Below are positions 44,347-53,631 of a stretch of DNA of 64,000 nucleotides, piece by piece. The position numbers and the translations under genes were made by a program. Where the stretch lies: assembly GCA_035263125.1 (NCBI GenBank), contig DATFRP010000100.1, forward strand, positions 2,920 to 66,919, given 5' to 3'. The notes beneath the pieces are model-generated. The model saw only the letters and a program-made list of their open reading frames with translations. It searched no databases and was not told the origin of the DNA. Source of the DNA: Vicinamibacterales bacterium (GTDB taxonomy: Bacteria > Acidobacteriota > Vicinamibacteria > Vicinamibacterales > UBA2999). Numbering within the stretch: the stretch's first letter is position 1; each line of letters starts with the position of its first letter.

Positions 44347-45980
44347 TTTCGTTTTCCCGTGTGAGCAAGCAGTACGGCCGTCAGGTGCTGTTCGTCGACG
44401 CCTCGTTCCAGCTGAATTCCGGTGAAAAAGTCGGTCTGGTCGGTCCCAACGGCGCGGGCAAGACGACGCTCTTCCGCATGATCGTGGGTGAGGAGTCGCC
44501 GGACGAGGGCGACGTGTCGGTGCCGAAGAAGCTGCGTGTCGGCGACTTCCGCCAGGATGTCGAAGAGATGTCCGGCCGTTCCGTCCTGGACGAAGCGATC
44601 GCCGGGAGCGGCCGCCTCGGCGATCTGCATCACGAGCTCGAGGACCTGCAGCACGCGATGGGCGACCCGGCGCGTGCCGACGACATGGATCGGATCCTCG
44701 CGCGCTTCGGCGAGGTGCAGGAGGAGTACGAGCATCTGGGCGGATACGGCCTCGAAGCGCAGGCGCGCGAGGTGCTGCACGGGCTCGGATTCGACGACGA
44801 GCGGATCGACGGTGATGTGGGAGCGTTGTCGGGCGGCTGGAAGATGCGCGTCGCCATGGCGCGGGTGCTGCTCGGCGCGCCTGACGTCCTGTTGATGGAC
44901 GAGCCGACGAACCATCTCGACATCGAATCGATCATCTGGCTCGAAGCATTTCTCAAATCGCGCGCCGGCGCGCTGCTCATGACGTCGCACGATCGCGAGT
45001 TCATGAACCGCGTGGTCGGAAAGATCGCCGAGATCGACGGCGGCGAGATCACGGTCTACTCCGGCAACTACGACTTCTACGAACGCGAGCGAGCCGTTCG
45101 CGAAGCCAATCGCGAGGCGGCATACGCGCGCCAGCAGGCGATGCTGGCCAAGGAGCAGCGTTTCATCGAGCGCTTCGCCGCCCACGCCGCGAAGGCCGCG
45201 CAGGTACAGAGCCGCGTGAAGGCGCTCGAGAAGATCGAGCGGATCGAGCTGCCGAAGAAGCGGAAGGTGGTGAAGTTCGACTTCCGTCAGCCGATGCGAT
45301 CGGGCGATCAGGTGGCAGTGCTCGAGAACGTCTCGAAAGCCTACGGCCGCCGCGTCGTCTACGACGGGCTGAACATGACGATCCGCCGCGGCGAGCGGTG
45401 GTGCGTCATGGGCAGAAACGGCGCCGGCAAGACGACGCTGCTCAGGATGGTCGCGGGGGCGCTCGCACCGGATGCGGGCGACGTGAAGCTCGGCGCCAGC
45501 CTGAAGCTCGGATACTTCGCGCAGCAGGCGCTCGATCTGCTCGACCCGGACCTCACGGTCGAAGAGCAGTTGCAGCGCGACTTTCCCGACGAGTCGATCG
45601 GCGTGCTGCGCAACCTTGCGGGTGCGTTTCAATTCTCGGGCGATGACGTCGACAAGAAAATTCGGGCGCTCTCAGGCGGCGAGAAGACGCGCCTCGTCAT
45701 CGCGCGGATGCTGCTCAACCCGCCGAACTTCCTCGTGCTCGATGAGCCGACGAACCATCTCGACCTCTTCACGAAAGAGATGCTGATCGAGGCATTGAAG
45801 GACTTCGAAGGCACGATGCTGTTCGTGTCGCATGACCGCGCGTTTCTGCGCGCGCTCAGTAACCGCGTCGTCGAGCTTGGCGGCGAATCAGGGGTGGAGA
45901 AAGATCCACACTTCTATCCGGGTTCTTACGTGGAGTATGTGGCGCGAACCGGTCACGAAGCTCCCGGCGTCCATTCGTGA
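44343..45980 (+). CDS. ABC-F family ATPase (two tandem ABC domains, no TM domain)
   Basis: Two Walker A motifs (GPNGAGKTT, GRNGAGKTT) and two signatures (LSGGWKMRV, LSGGEKTRL), with an inter-domain linker. The GTG start overlaps the PhzF stop. Confidence 0.9.
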   Translation: MISFSRVSKQYGRQVLFVDASFQLNSGEKVGLVGPNGAGKTTLFRMIVGEESPDEGDVSVPKKLRVGDFRQDVEEMSGRSVLDEAIAGSGRLGDLHHELEDLQHAMGDPARADDMDRILARFGEVQEEYEHLGGYGLEAQAREVLHGLGFDDERIDGDVGALSGGWKMRVAMARVLLGAPDVLLMDEPTNHLDIESIIWLEAFLKSRAGALLMTSHDREFMNRVVGKIAEIDGGEITVYSGNYDFYERERAVREANREAAYARQQAMLAKEQRFIERFAAHAAKAAQVQSRVKALEKIERIELPKKRKVVKFDFRQPMRSGDQVAVLENVSKAYGRRVVYDGLNMTIRRGERWCVMGRNGAGKTTLLRMVAGALAPDAGDVKLGASLKLGYFAQQALDLLDPDLTVEEQLQRDFPDESIGVLRNLAGAFQFSGDDVDKKIRALSGGEKTRLVIARMLLNPPNFLVLDEPTNHLDLFTKEMLIEALKDFEGTMLFVSHDRAFLRALSNRVVELGGESGVEKDPHFYPGSYVEYVARTGHEAPGVHS

Positions 45981-46005
45981 GAGTGCGGACGTCGAGCGGA
46001 GGCTT

Positions 46006-46842
46006 ATGAACATCACCGTCCTGCTCGTCCCCTACGATTCCGGTCGCCATCGCGAACGGATGGGACTCGGTCCGCATCATCTGCTGCCGTCGGTTCAGGC
46101 GCTGATCACCCGAATGGGCCATCACGTCCGCGTCGAGGAGATCACGCTGCCCGATCCCTTCCTCGCCGAGATCGGCAGCACCTTCGCGCTCGCCCGCGAG
46201 ATCGCGCGGCGTGTGCGGGCGTGTCGCGATCAGGGTGGGCTGCCGCTCGTGCTGTCGGGTAACTGCAACGCGGCGGTGGGAACGGTCAGCGGATGCGGCG
46301 GGGCTCAGACCACCGTCGTCTGGTTCGACGCCCATGGCGAAGCGAACACGCCGGAGACGACCGCATCCGGCTTCCTCGATGGGATGGGGATCAGCACGCT
46401 GACCGGCTGGTGCTGGCAGCGCCTCGCGCGGACGATTCCGGGCTTCGAAGTCGTGCCGGGCAACCGCGTGCTGCTCGCGGACGCACGCGACGCCGAGCCC
46501 GCGGAAATCGATCTCCTCGCGAACGCCGGCGTGCAGTGCCTGAGGCATCCGCGCGATCTCGCCGAGGCCATCGCCCCGCTCCGGCCGCAGATCGATCGTC
46601 TCTACCTCCATCTGGATCTCGACGTGCTCGATCCCCAGTCCGCCATCGCCAATCAATGGGCGACGCCGGGCGGTCCGACAATCGATGATGTTCAACGGGC
46701 GGTTGGGCAACTGTGCGGCGGCACTCCCGCCGCCGCGATCGGCCTCGCCTCCTACGATCCGGCCGCCGATCGCGACGGCCGCGCGCAGCAGGCCGCGCTG
46801 GCGATCCTCGAAGCGGGCCTGTCGGGACACGCGATTGCGTGA
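46006..46842 (+). CDS. arginase/agmatinase/ureohydrolase family protein
   Basis: The metal-binding motif pattern is FDAHGEANTPETTASGFLDGMG and LHLDLDVLDP. The ATG at 46006 follows GAGCGGAGG. Confidence 0.75.
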   Translation: MNITVLLVPYDSGRHRERMGLGPHHLLPSVQALITRMGHHVRVEEITLPDPFLAEIGSTFALAREIARRVRACRDQGGLPLVLSGNCNAAVGTVSGCGGAQTTVVWFDAHGEANTPETTASGFLDGMGISTLTGWCWQRLARTIPGFEVVPGNRVLLADARDAEPAEIDLLANAGVQCLRHPRDLAEAIAPLRPQIDRLYLHLDLDVLDPQSAIANQWATPGGPTIDDVQRAVGQLCGGTPAAAIGLASYDPAADRDGRAQQAALAILEAGLSGHAIA

Positions 46843-46862
46843 ACTGCCCGAAGTCGAACGCT

Positions 46863-46897
46863 CTGGCTCAGCCCCTGGTTCCTGATTCCTGATTCGT
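46863..46897. repeat. GGAATCAGG-family half element (pyrimidine arm only)
   Basis: CTGGCTCAGCCCCTGGTTCCTGATTCCTGATTC lies between convergent stop codons. There is no matching purine arm. Confidence 0.5.
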
Positions 46898-46899
46898 GG

Positions 46900-47541
46900 C
46901 TACCGCTTCAGGGCCTTTATCCCAGCGAGAGAAAACCGGGTGATGTGTTCCGCTAGGGCGTCGATGCGCTTCGAGGTCACGGGAAACGGCTGAAACTGCG
47001 CGATGCGATCGTTGAGCAGCGCCAGGCACTGCACCTGCACGCTCATCACGCTGTGTTGCACGCGGTCGTCGTCGGGGGCGCAGTGCAGGATGCCGGCGAT
47101 GACCTCGCTCAAATAGGCCATGCGCGGCCGCACCACCGACTTCACGACGCGATCGAGCTCCGGAGTGGGATCGCGAATCTCCTGCATCATCAGATGGTGG
47201 ATCCAGCCGTCCCGGTGCTGGGCCACACGCGACAGGAAGGTGCGAACGAAGATCGCGAGCTGTTCCTCGGCAGGATGCTTCGCACCGGCTTCGCGGATCT
47301 CATCGGTCGTCGACTGCATCGTGCGGATCGCCGAACTGACGATCTCCTGATACAACCCGTCCTTGCCACCGAAGTGGTAGTTGACCGCCGCGACGTTCGC
47401 GTTGGCGCGCTGACAGATCTCGCGAACGGTGACCTTCGAGAAGCCTCGCTCCGCGAAGAGACGCGCGGAGACCTCGACCAGCCGCTCGCGGGTTTCGAGA
47501 TCGTCCGAGACGACGGTCGTACGCGGCTTGGTTGCCATCAC
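46900..47541 (-). CDS. TetR/AcrR family transcriptional regulator
   Basis: The N-terminal HTH is RERLVEVSARLFAERGFSKVTVREICQRANANVAAVNYHFGGKDGLY. It is the last gene of the efflux operon, with a 4-nt overlap. Confidence 0.85.
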   Translation of the reverse strand: MMATKPRTTVVSDDLETRERLVEVSARLFAERGFSKVTVREICQRANANVAAVNYHFGGKDGLYQEIVSSAIRTMQSTTDEIREAGAKHPAEEQLAIFVRTFLSRVAQHRDGWIHHLMMQEIRDPTPELDRVVKSVVRPRMAYLSEVIAGILHCAPDDDRVQHSVMSVQVQCLALLNDRIAQFQPFPVTSKRIDALAEHITRFSLAGIKALKR

Positions 47542-48650
47542 AACGTTCGTTTGAACAGCAGCGTACCCGCGGTCATCGCGATGGTGGAGAAGACGAGCAG
47601 GAAAAGGACGTCGCCAGCGATGGCATCGAAGCCGGTGTTCTTGAGCAGCAGGCTCTTGAACGCGTGTACCGCGTAGGTGAACGGATCGACGGCGGCGATG
47701 ACCTTCATCCAGCCGGGGAATCCCGCCTGCGGGTAGACCGCGCCGCTCGGAAAATAGAGCACCGTATTCAACACGCCGAAGGTCGCACGCGGCAGGAGCG
47801 GATCGGTCACGCGCACCATCAGCAGGAACATCAGGCTGATCAGCGCAAACGCGGTGATCGCCACGACGATGAGCATGCGGAGCAGACGGATCGGATCGAG
47901 GGGGCTCGGGACGCCCGCAATCAGCGACCCCACGACCATGATGCAGCCGCCAGCCAGCACCGCCTTGATCGTCCCCGAGAGGTTGAAGCCGGCGACCAGC
48001 TCGAGCTTGGTGATCGGCGTCACGAGGTAGCCCTCGTGCAGACCGCGCGACTTGTCGTCGATGAAGATGATGCCGCCGCCGATCATCACCATCATGAAGA
48101 TCGACATCGTGATCGAGCCCGGTAGCAGATACTGGATGTACGGCACGTACGGGTACACCTCGACGACATCGAGACCGGTTGCGCCCTCCACGCGCACCGG
48201 GGTCGCCGGAGCGTTGATCGCCGCGACGAAGTTGCCGACCGTTCCGGTGAGTGTGGCCGAGACGAAGGTGTCGGTGTTGTCCGAGATCAACGCCACCCGA
48301 GGCTGGTTGTTGGCGAGCGAGCGCCGGGAGAAGTCGGGCGGAATCGTCAGCACCCCGTTGACGAGGCCGTTGCGAAGATCCGACATCGCATGCCCCTGAT
48401 CGGCGTAGTCGATGATGTCCAGCGTGCGTGCCCCTGACGAAACGGCCGCTGCCAGCTCTTTGATTTTCACCGCCGGCACGCCGCCGTCCTGATCGACGAT
48501 CGCCAGCTTCAGATGCTTCACGTTACCGCCGAACGCGTAGCCGAGCACGATGAGATTCAGCAACGGAAAGATCATCGACATGACGATCAGCATCGGGCTC
48601 TTGCGGAAGCGTCGCAGCTCGCGTTCGATGATGGCCCAGGTTCTGTGCAT
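47538..48650 (-). CDS. ABC-2 type transporter permease
   Basis: 370 aa with an N-terminal TM segment, a periplasmic loop and 5 C-terminal TM helices. Confidence 0.85.
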   Translation of the reverse strand: MHRTWAIIERELRRFRKSPMLIVMSMIFPLLNLIVLGYAFGGNVKHLKLAIVDQDGGVPAVKIKELAAAVSSGARTLDIIDYADQGHAMSDLRNGLVNGVLTIPPDFSRRSLANNQPRVALISDNTDTFVSATLTGTVGNFVAAINAPATPVRVEGATGLDVVEVYPYVPYIQYLLPGSITMSIFMMVMIGGGIIFIDDKSRGLHEGYLVTPITKLELVAGFNLSGTIKAVLAGGCIMVVGSLIAGVPSPLDPIRLLRMLIVVAITAFALISLMFLLMVRVTDPLLPRATFGVLNTVLYFPSGAVYPQAGFPGWMKVIAAVDPFTYAVHAFKSLLLKNTGFDAIAGDVLFLLVFSTIAMTAGTLLFKRTL

Positions 48651-48652
48651 GG

Positions 48653-49459
48653 CTACCTCCGCAACACGAACGGGCTGTCGGCGGCCGACGGCTCCTGGAG
48701 CGCATCGCGCAGGTCTCGCCCGGTGTAGTGCACGAAGACGTCGTCCAGCGTCACGGTGTTCGGGTCACGGTCGGGGAGCGACGCTTTGAGGGCGGCGGGC
48801 GAATCCAGCACGACCAGCTTGCCGTGATCGACGATGGCGATGCGATCGCAGAGTTTGTCCGCTTCGTCCATGTAGTGGGTGGTGATGAGCACGGTCAGGT
48901 CGCGTTGGGACTTGATCTTCTTCAGCATGGTCCACACCGCGGTGCGCGACACCGGGTCGAGACCGGTGGTCGGCTCGTCGAGGAAGAACACGTGCGGTTC
49001 ATGGACCAGCCCACGTGCGATCTCGACACGGCGCCGCATGCCGCCCGAGAGCAGCTTCACCGCCTTGTCGCGCCACTGCGTCAGCTCGACCGCTTCGAGG
49101 AGCTCGGTGATGAGACGGTCGCGCTTCTCGCGGGGTACGCCATACAGCTTCGCGAAGATGAGCAGGTTTTCCTCGACACTCAACTCGAGGTCGCTCGTCA
49201 TCGCCTGCGGAATCACGCCGATCGATCGCCGGACGTCGTCCGCCCGCTTCACCACGTCGAAGCCGTTGATGACCGCCGTGCCTTCCGTCGGCGGAAGCAG
49301 CGTCACCATCATGCGGATCAGCGTCGACTTGCCGGCGCCGTTCGGTCCGAGCAGTCCGAAGATCTCGCCGTCCTTCACCGTGAAGTTGATGTGGTCGACC
49401 GCGGTGAAGTCGCCGAACTTCTTGACGATGTCCTTGACCTCGATTGCGTTCTGGCTCAT
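48653..49459 (-). CDS. ABC transporter ATP-binding protein (DrrA-like)
   Basis: Walker A GPNGAGKST, signature LSGGMRRRV and Walker B VFFLDEPTTGLD. Confidence 0.9.
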   Translation of the reverse strand: MSQNAIEVKDIVKKFGDFTAVDHINFTVKDGEIFGLLGPNGAGKSTLIRMMVTLLPPTEGTAVINGFDVVKRADDVRRSIGVIPQAMTSDLELSVEENLLIFAKLYGVPREKRDRLITELLEAVELTQWRDKAVKLLSGGMRRRVEIARGLVHEPHVFFLDEPTTGLDPVSRTAVWTMLKKIKSQRDLTVLITTHYMDEADKLCDRIAIVDHGKLVVLDSPAALKASLPDRDPNTVTLDDVFVHYTGRDLRDALQEPSAADSPFVLRR

Positions 49460-49475
49460 TCGAATTCTCGTACGC

Positions 49476-49564
49476 CGCGCGCGGGCTGAAGCCCGCGCTC
49501 TACGCCATGCCCAATCCTCGCAGAGCGGGGGCTTCAGGTCCCCGCGTCACCGCCCGCGCTCTAC
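49476..49564. repeat. REP cluster (three GTAGAGCG-GGCTTCAGCC-type units in alternating orientation) inside an operon
   Basis: The three units are CGCGCGGGCTGAAGCCCGCGCTCTAC, GCAGAGCGGGGGCTTCAGGTCCCCGC and GCCCGCGCTCTAC. They sit in the 115-bp gap between the HlyD and ATPase genes. Confidence 0.7.
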
Positions 49565-49574
49565 GTGTCACGCG

Positions 49575-50621
49575 TTACGACAATGGCACCACCACGTACG
49601 CTGTCATCCCCACCGCAAGACGACGATCGCTGTTGTCGACGCGGAGCCGCACCTCGAACGTCTTGATGTCCCGCTTGGTGCGGCTGACATCGCGCTGGGT
49701 CGCGAAACCGGCATCGGCGCTGCGGTAGAACACCTTCCCCTGACGCTCCGAGCCCGACGGCAGACGCACCGTCAGCGTGTCCCCGACGCGCACGCGGTCG
49801 ATGTAGGTCTCCTCGATGTCGATCCGGATCCAGAGATCATCGGGGTTGATGATCGTCACCACCGGCTGTCCGGGCGTCACGACCTCACCCTGAAGCGCGG
49901 CGCGCACATCGACGATGCCGTCGATCGGCGCCTTGATTTCGGTATAGGCGAGACGCACATCCGCCTTCGCCCGCTGGGCGGCCGCGGCCGCCTGCTGCTG
50001 CTTGCTCGACATCACCTGGCTCCGCCGCATGGCGATCTGCTCGGCGCTCCCCTTGGCGAGCGCGACCGCGGCGCGCGCCGCCTCGATCTGCTTGACGACG
50101 GAGTCGAGCTTCGACTTCGCGACGTCGTACGCCGTCTTCGCCGAATCGACCTGCTCGGGGGTCGACACCCCCTCCTTTGCCAGCTTCTGGTTCCGGGCGT
50201 AGACGGTGGTCGCGTTTTCGAGCTCGGCTTTGGCGGCCGCCTCCTGAGACTGAGTCGACGCCAGCGTCGCCTCTGCCTGGGCGATCGAGTCGGCGGTCTG
50301 GCGTTCTTGAAGCCGCAGCGCTGCCTCGCTTTCCAGGATCTGCGAACCCACGCCTTCGGCGCTGGCGGAATAGAACGCGCGCTCCTCACGCAGTTCGTCG
50401 GGCGAGAGCACCGCCAGCATCTGGCCGGCCTTCACCGTGTCGCCCTCGCGGACGGACAATTCGGTTACCCGGCCGGTGATCTGCGGGCTGACCGTGACGT
50501 AGTTCGTCGTGACGACCCCGGTGAGGACCATCGAAGTCGGCGGCCGGCTCGTGTACCAGTAGGTCGCGCCACTGACGCCGACGATGACCAGGAGCGGGAT
50601 GAATCGCAGCAGTCGTTTCAT
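49575..50621 (-). CDS. HlyD-family membrane fusion / periplasmic adaptor protein
   Basis: The ATG at 50621 gives MKRLLRFIPLLVIVGVSG as a TM anchor. A lipoyl-like hairpin and a long coiled coil follow (AQAEATLASTQSQEAAAKAELENA). The ORF track's TTG at 50645 is less likely. Confidence 0.85.
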   Translation of the reverse strand: MKRLLRFIPLLVIVGVSGATYWYTSRPPTSMVLTGVVTTNYVTVSPQITGRVTELSVREGDTVKAGQMLAVLSPDELREERAFYSASAEGVGSQILESEAALRLQERQTADSIAQAEATLASTQSQEAAAKAELENATTVYARNQKLAKEGVSTPEQVDSAKTAYDVAKSKLDSVVKQIEAARAAVALAKGSAEQIAMRRSQVMSSKQQQAAAAAQRAKADVRLAYTEIKAPIDGIVDVRAALQGEVVTPGQPVVTIINPDDLWIRIDIEETYIDRVRVGDTLTVRLPSGSERQGKVFYRSADAGFATQRDVSRTKRDIKTFEVRLRVDNSDRRLAVGMTAYVVVPLS

Positions 50622-50666
50622 AGCCGTTTCAAACGATTGTATCAAACAGATGTTTGAAATGTGAAG
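50622..50666 (-). promoter_or_regulatory. candidate sigma-70 promoter (TTCACA-N18-TACAAT) with embedded TCAAAC-N4-GTTTGA operator
   Basis: The minus strand reads TTCACATTTCAAACATCTGTTTGATACAATCGTTTGAAACGGCTATG. The palindrome lies in the spacer, and a third GTTTGA half-site lies between the -10 box and the ATG. Confidence 0.4.
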
Positions 50667-50696
50667 CGTTCAGGAAGGGGAGACCGCCGCGACCCG

Positions 50697-51332
50697 CTAT
50701 TTCCGATACAACCCCCGCACGCGCTCGACGTCGGAGGCTGACAGCCCCGACGTCGTTGCGATGTCGTTACGCGTGCGCAGTCGCATCCGATAGCGGTTGA
50801 AGAAGCCGGGGATGTCGCCGCCGTAGCCGAAGAAGTACATGATGTCGCCGTAGACGTCGGTGTGCTCGAGGCCGAGCGCATGCCCGAGCTCGTGCAGACA
50901 CGTGAGGTAGACCACGGTGTCGCGCATCAACGGATCGCGGCGCGACGCCTCGGCGATCGCCGGACCCAGTGCGTCGGTGTCGGGGCGGATGAACACCGCG
51001 GCGCCGCGCAGCTTGCCTGCCTCGAACGCGCGCATCTCGCCGTAGCGTCCGGCACCAGCCGGCACCCAGAAGACGCGGACGATCGCGTCGTTCTCGGCTG
51101 ACGACTCGAAGTGCAGCGCGCCGTTGACCGCGCGCTCCCACTGCTTGAGCGCCCACACGGCGAGATCGCGATCACCGGGACGGAATGCGGAGCCCTGCAT
51201 CCCGTCCGAGACGAAGTAGGTGACGCGTCCAGTCGTGTCGAGCGGATGCAGGACGGGCAGCCGGTTCTGCCCGAACGCGTTGCCACTGAGAAGCAGCAAC
51301 GCCACGATCACGTTCAACGGTCGCATCGTCAT
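50697..51332 (-). CDS. matrixin (M10) family zinc metalloprotease, secreted
   Basis: Signal peptide plus the HELGHALGLEHT zinc-binding consensus. Confidence 0.8.
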   Translation of the reverse strand: MTMRPLNVIVALLLLSGNAFGQNRLPVLHPLDTTGRVTYFVSDGMQGSAFRPGDRDLAVWALKQWERAVNGALHFESSAENDAIVRVFWVPAGAGRYGEMRAFEAGKLRGAAVFIRPDTDALGPAIAEASRRDPLMRDTVVYLTCLHELGHALGLEHTDVYGDIMYFFGYGGDIPGFFNRYRMRLRTRNDIATTSGLSASDVERVRGLYRK

Positions 51333-51344
51333 AAGATATGCGCC

Positions 51345-52661
51345 ATGCGATTCGCACCGATCGTACTCGTAATCCTCGCGGGTGCCAGCGTCGCGGCACA
51401 GCGGCCAGCCTCATCGTCTCAAGTCGATGCCGCGATGAAAGCCTTCTGGGATGCCGACGACCAGAGCGGCACCGAGAAGGCGGCAAGGCTCGTCGCCGCC
51501 AGCGGGGCGCCGTTCGAGGAGATTCGTGCACGGCTCAAAGCCGGGCGCTCCTATGCGAAAGCGAAGACCGGTCGGATCGAAATGCTGTCGCACGATCATG
51601 GCCTCGCGCTCGACAACGTGCTCGAGGTGCCGGCCGACTACGACCCGATGCGGGCTTGGCCGCTGCGGATCAGTTTGCATGGCGGCGTCGGTCGCGAAGC
51701 GCCGGGTCCTGGCGACCCGCCCGCACGGCCGCTCGCCAATCGCGTCCCGAGCGAGGGGGAGCTGGTGCTCCACCCGCGTGCGTGGGCACAGTCGCAGTGG
51801 TGGAATCCGGGGCAGGTCGAGAACATCACGCGCCTGCTGGACCGCGTGAAGCACGAGTACAACGTCGACGAATCGCGCACCTACATCACCGGCATCTCCG
51901 ACGGCGGCACCGGCGTGTATTTCTTCGCGATGCGCGTGGCGACGCCGTGGGCGGCGTGCATGCCGCTCAACGGCCATCCGCTCGTGATCGCCAATCCCGA
52001 CACGGGTGCGGACGGACAGCTCTATGCCGGCAACCTGATCAACTGTCCCGTGCATGCCGTGAACGGCGGCAAGGATCCGCTCTATCCCGCCGCGTCGGTC
52101 GAGCCGCTCATCGCGATGTTCAAGAAAGCGAACGTCGTGGTCGATTGGGATGTCTACCCCGATGCGGGGCACGATGTGAGCTGGTGGCCGCAGGAGCGTC
52201 CCAAGTACGAGGCGTATCTCGCGAAGCACCCGCGCGTCGCTCATCCCGAACGCGTCTCCTGGGAGACCGAGCGCACCGATCGCTACAACCGGTTTCGCTG
52301 GGTCGTGATCGATCGTCTTGGCAAGCGGGGCTCGGACACGGCACTGCAGGACGTCAACACATACTCGCCTGTGCCGATCATGCAGCGCCAGCTCTTCGAC
52401 CACGAGAAGCCGTCGGGGCGTGTCGACGCGGTTCGGACCGGCAACGACATCGACGTGAAGTCGCGCGGCGTCCAGCAATTCACGCTGCTCCTCTCACCCG
52501 ACGTGGTCGACTTCGGCAAGCCGGTGCGTGTGACGATTAACGGCAAGGTCGCGCACGACGCACTCGTGAAGCCCGACGCCGCGACCATGCTCGCGTGGGC
52601 CGCGCGCGATCACGATCGCACGATGCTGTACGGCGCCGAGCTCCATATCCTGGTTCCGTAG
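51345..52661 (+). CDS. secreted alpha/beta-hydrolase-like protein (putative esterase/peptidase)
   Basis: Signal MRFAPIVLVILAGASVAAQ, a GISDGG nucleophile-elbow-like motif, and a later GKDPLYP...GH pattern. The subfamily was not recognised. Confidence 0.6.
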   Translation: MRFAPIVLVILAGASVAAQRPASSSQVDAAMKAFWDADDQSGTEKAARLVAASGAPFEEIRARLKAGRSYAKAKTGRIEMLSHDHGLALDNVLEVPADYDPMRAWPLRISLHGGVGREAPGPGDPPARPLANRVPSEGELVLHPRAWAQSQWWNPGQVENITRLLDRVKHEYNVDESRTYITGISDGGTGVYFFAMRVATPWAACMPLNGHPLVIANPDTGADGQLYAGNLINCPVHAVNGGKDPLYPAASVEPLIAMFKKANVVVDWDVYPDAGHDVSWWPQERPKYEAYLAKHPRVAHPERVSWETERTDRYNRFRWVVIDRLGKRGSDTALQDVNTYSPVPIMQRQLFDHEKPSGRVDAVRTGNDIDVKSRGVQQFTLLLSPDVVDFGKPVRVTINGKVAHDALVKPDAATMLAWAARDHDRTMLYGAELHILVP

Positions 52662-52690
52662 GCACGTCCTCCCGGACGTGCCTCCCGCTC

Positions 52691-53173
52691 ATGCCCGACC
52701 CGATCATCCGCCGCGCGACGCGAGACGATCTTCCCGCACTGGGACGCCTCGGTGCGCTGCTCATGCGCACGCACTACGGTTTCGATCAGAAACGCTTCCT
52801 CGCGCCCGGTGACAGGGCGGAAGAAGGCTACGCGTGGTTTCTCGGCGAGCAGCTCAAAGACGATGTCAATCTCGTCGTTCTGGTCGCTGAGCAGCAGGGT
52901 GAGGTCGTCGGATACGTGTACGCCGGGCTCGAGCCGATTTCGTGGAAGGAACTTCGCGACGCGTGTGGCTTCATCCACGACATCGTCGTCGACGAGCGCG
53001 GACGCCACGGCGGCATCGGCACGCGGTTGCTCGAAGCGGCGATCGCGTGGCTGAAGGAACACGGCGCGCCGCGCGTGGTGCTGTGGACCGCAGAACAGAA
53101 CGATCCTGCACAACGTCTGTTCGCGAAAGCTGGTTTTCGTCGCACGATGATCGAGATGACGAGAGAGCTCTGA
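52691..53173 (+). CDS. GNAT family N-acetyltransferase
   Basis: IRRATRDDLPAL plus the acetyl-CoA motif VVDERGRHGGIGTRLLEAAIAW. Confidence 0.85.
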   Translation: MPDPIIRRATRDDLPALGRLGALLMRTHYGFDQKRFLAPGDRAEEGYAWFLGEQLKDDVNLVVLVAEQQGEVVGYVYAGLEPISWKELRDACGFIHDIVVDERGRHGGIGTRLLEAAIAWLKEHGAPRVVLWTAEQNDPAQRLFAKAGFRRTMIEMTREL

Positions 53174-53178
53174 TTCCT

Positions 53179-53631
53179 TCAACCGACAGGTAGTTTGTTA
53201 GCGACGAGTACATCCCACCACCCGAAGTGCGTTGCGAGCAGATGATCGAGTTCGCGCGTGTCGGGCGTGCATTCGGCCTGGCCGTGCACGGGAAGACAGT
53301 AGGCGGCGTGCGGTGAGGCTTCCAGCATGTGCAGGACGCCGGGCGAAAAGCCTTTGCCCGCATACGCGATGCAGCCGGCCATCGGCAGCGCCTGCAGATC
53401 GTCGAGCGCGTACGGGACCTTCTCGTCGACGGTGCCCTCGCTCTCCTGAAACTTGCACTCGATCGCAAACGCCTTGTTGGTCGTCTCGCAGACGCAGAAG
53501 ACGTCGATGCGCCGGTTCTTGCCGATGATCGTCTTGCCGACGCTGATCTCGCGGTAGACCTTCAGGCTGCGGCAGGTGAACCGCCGCGAGACGTACGCGG
53601 CGACCAGATCCGCATAGGCACCGCCGGTCAC
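53179..53631 (-). CDS. putative type II restriction endonuclease, PD-(D/E)XK fold (150 aa)
   Basis: The candidate catalytic motif is RIDVFCV...AFAIECKFQ (D...ExK). The GTG start overlaps the methylase stop (GTGA). I recognised no specific REase family. Confidence 0.55.
   Translation of the reverse strand: MTGGAYADLVAAYVSRRFTCRSLKVYREISVGKTIIGKNRRIDVFCVCETTNKAFAIECKFQESEGTVDEKVPYALDDLQALPMAGCIAYAGKGFSPGVLHMLEASPHAAYCLPVHGQAECTPDTRELDHLLATHFGWWDVLVANKLPVG

Noticed and set aside
44253-45632. 459-aa minus-strand ORF
   Set aside because: It is antisense to the ABC-F ATPase, whose Walker and signature motifs are unambiguous.
48879-50657. 592-aa plus-strand ORF
   Set aside because: It is antisense to the ABC ATPase and HlyD genes and spans the REP cluster. 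It is a shadow ORF.
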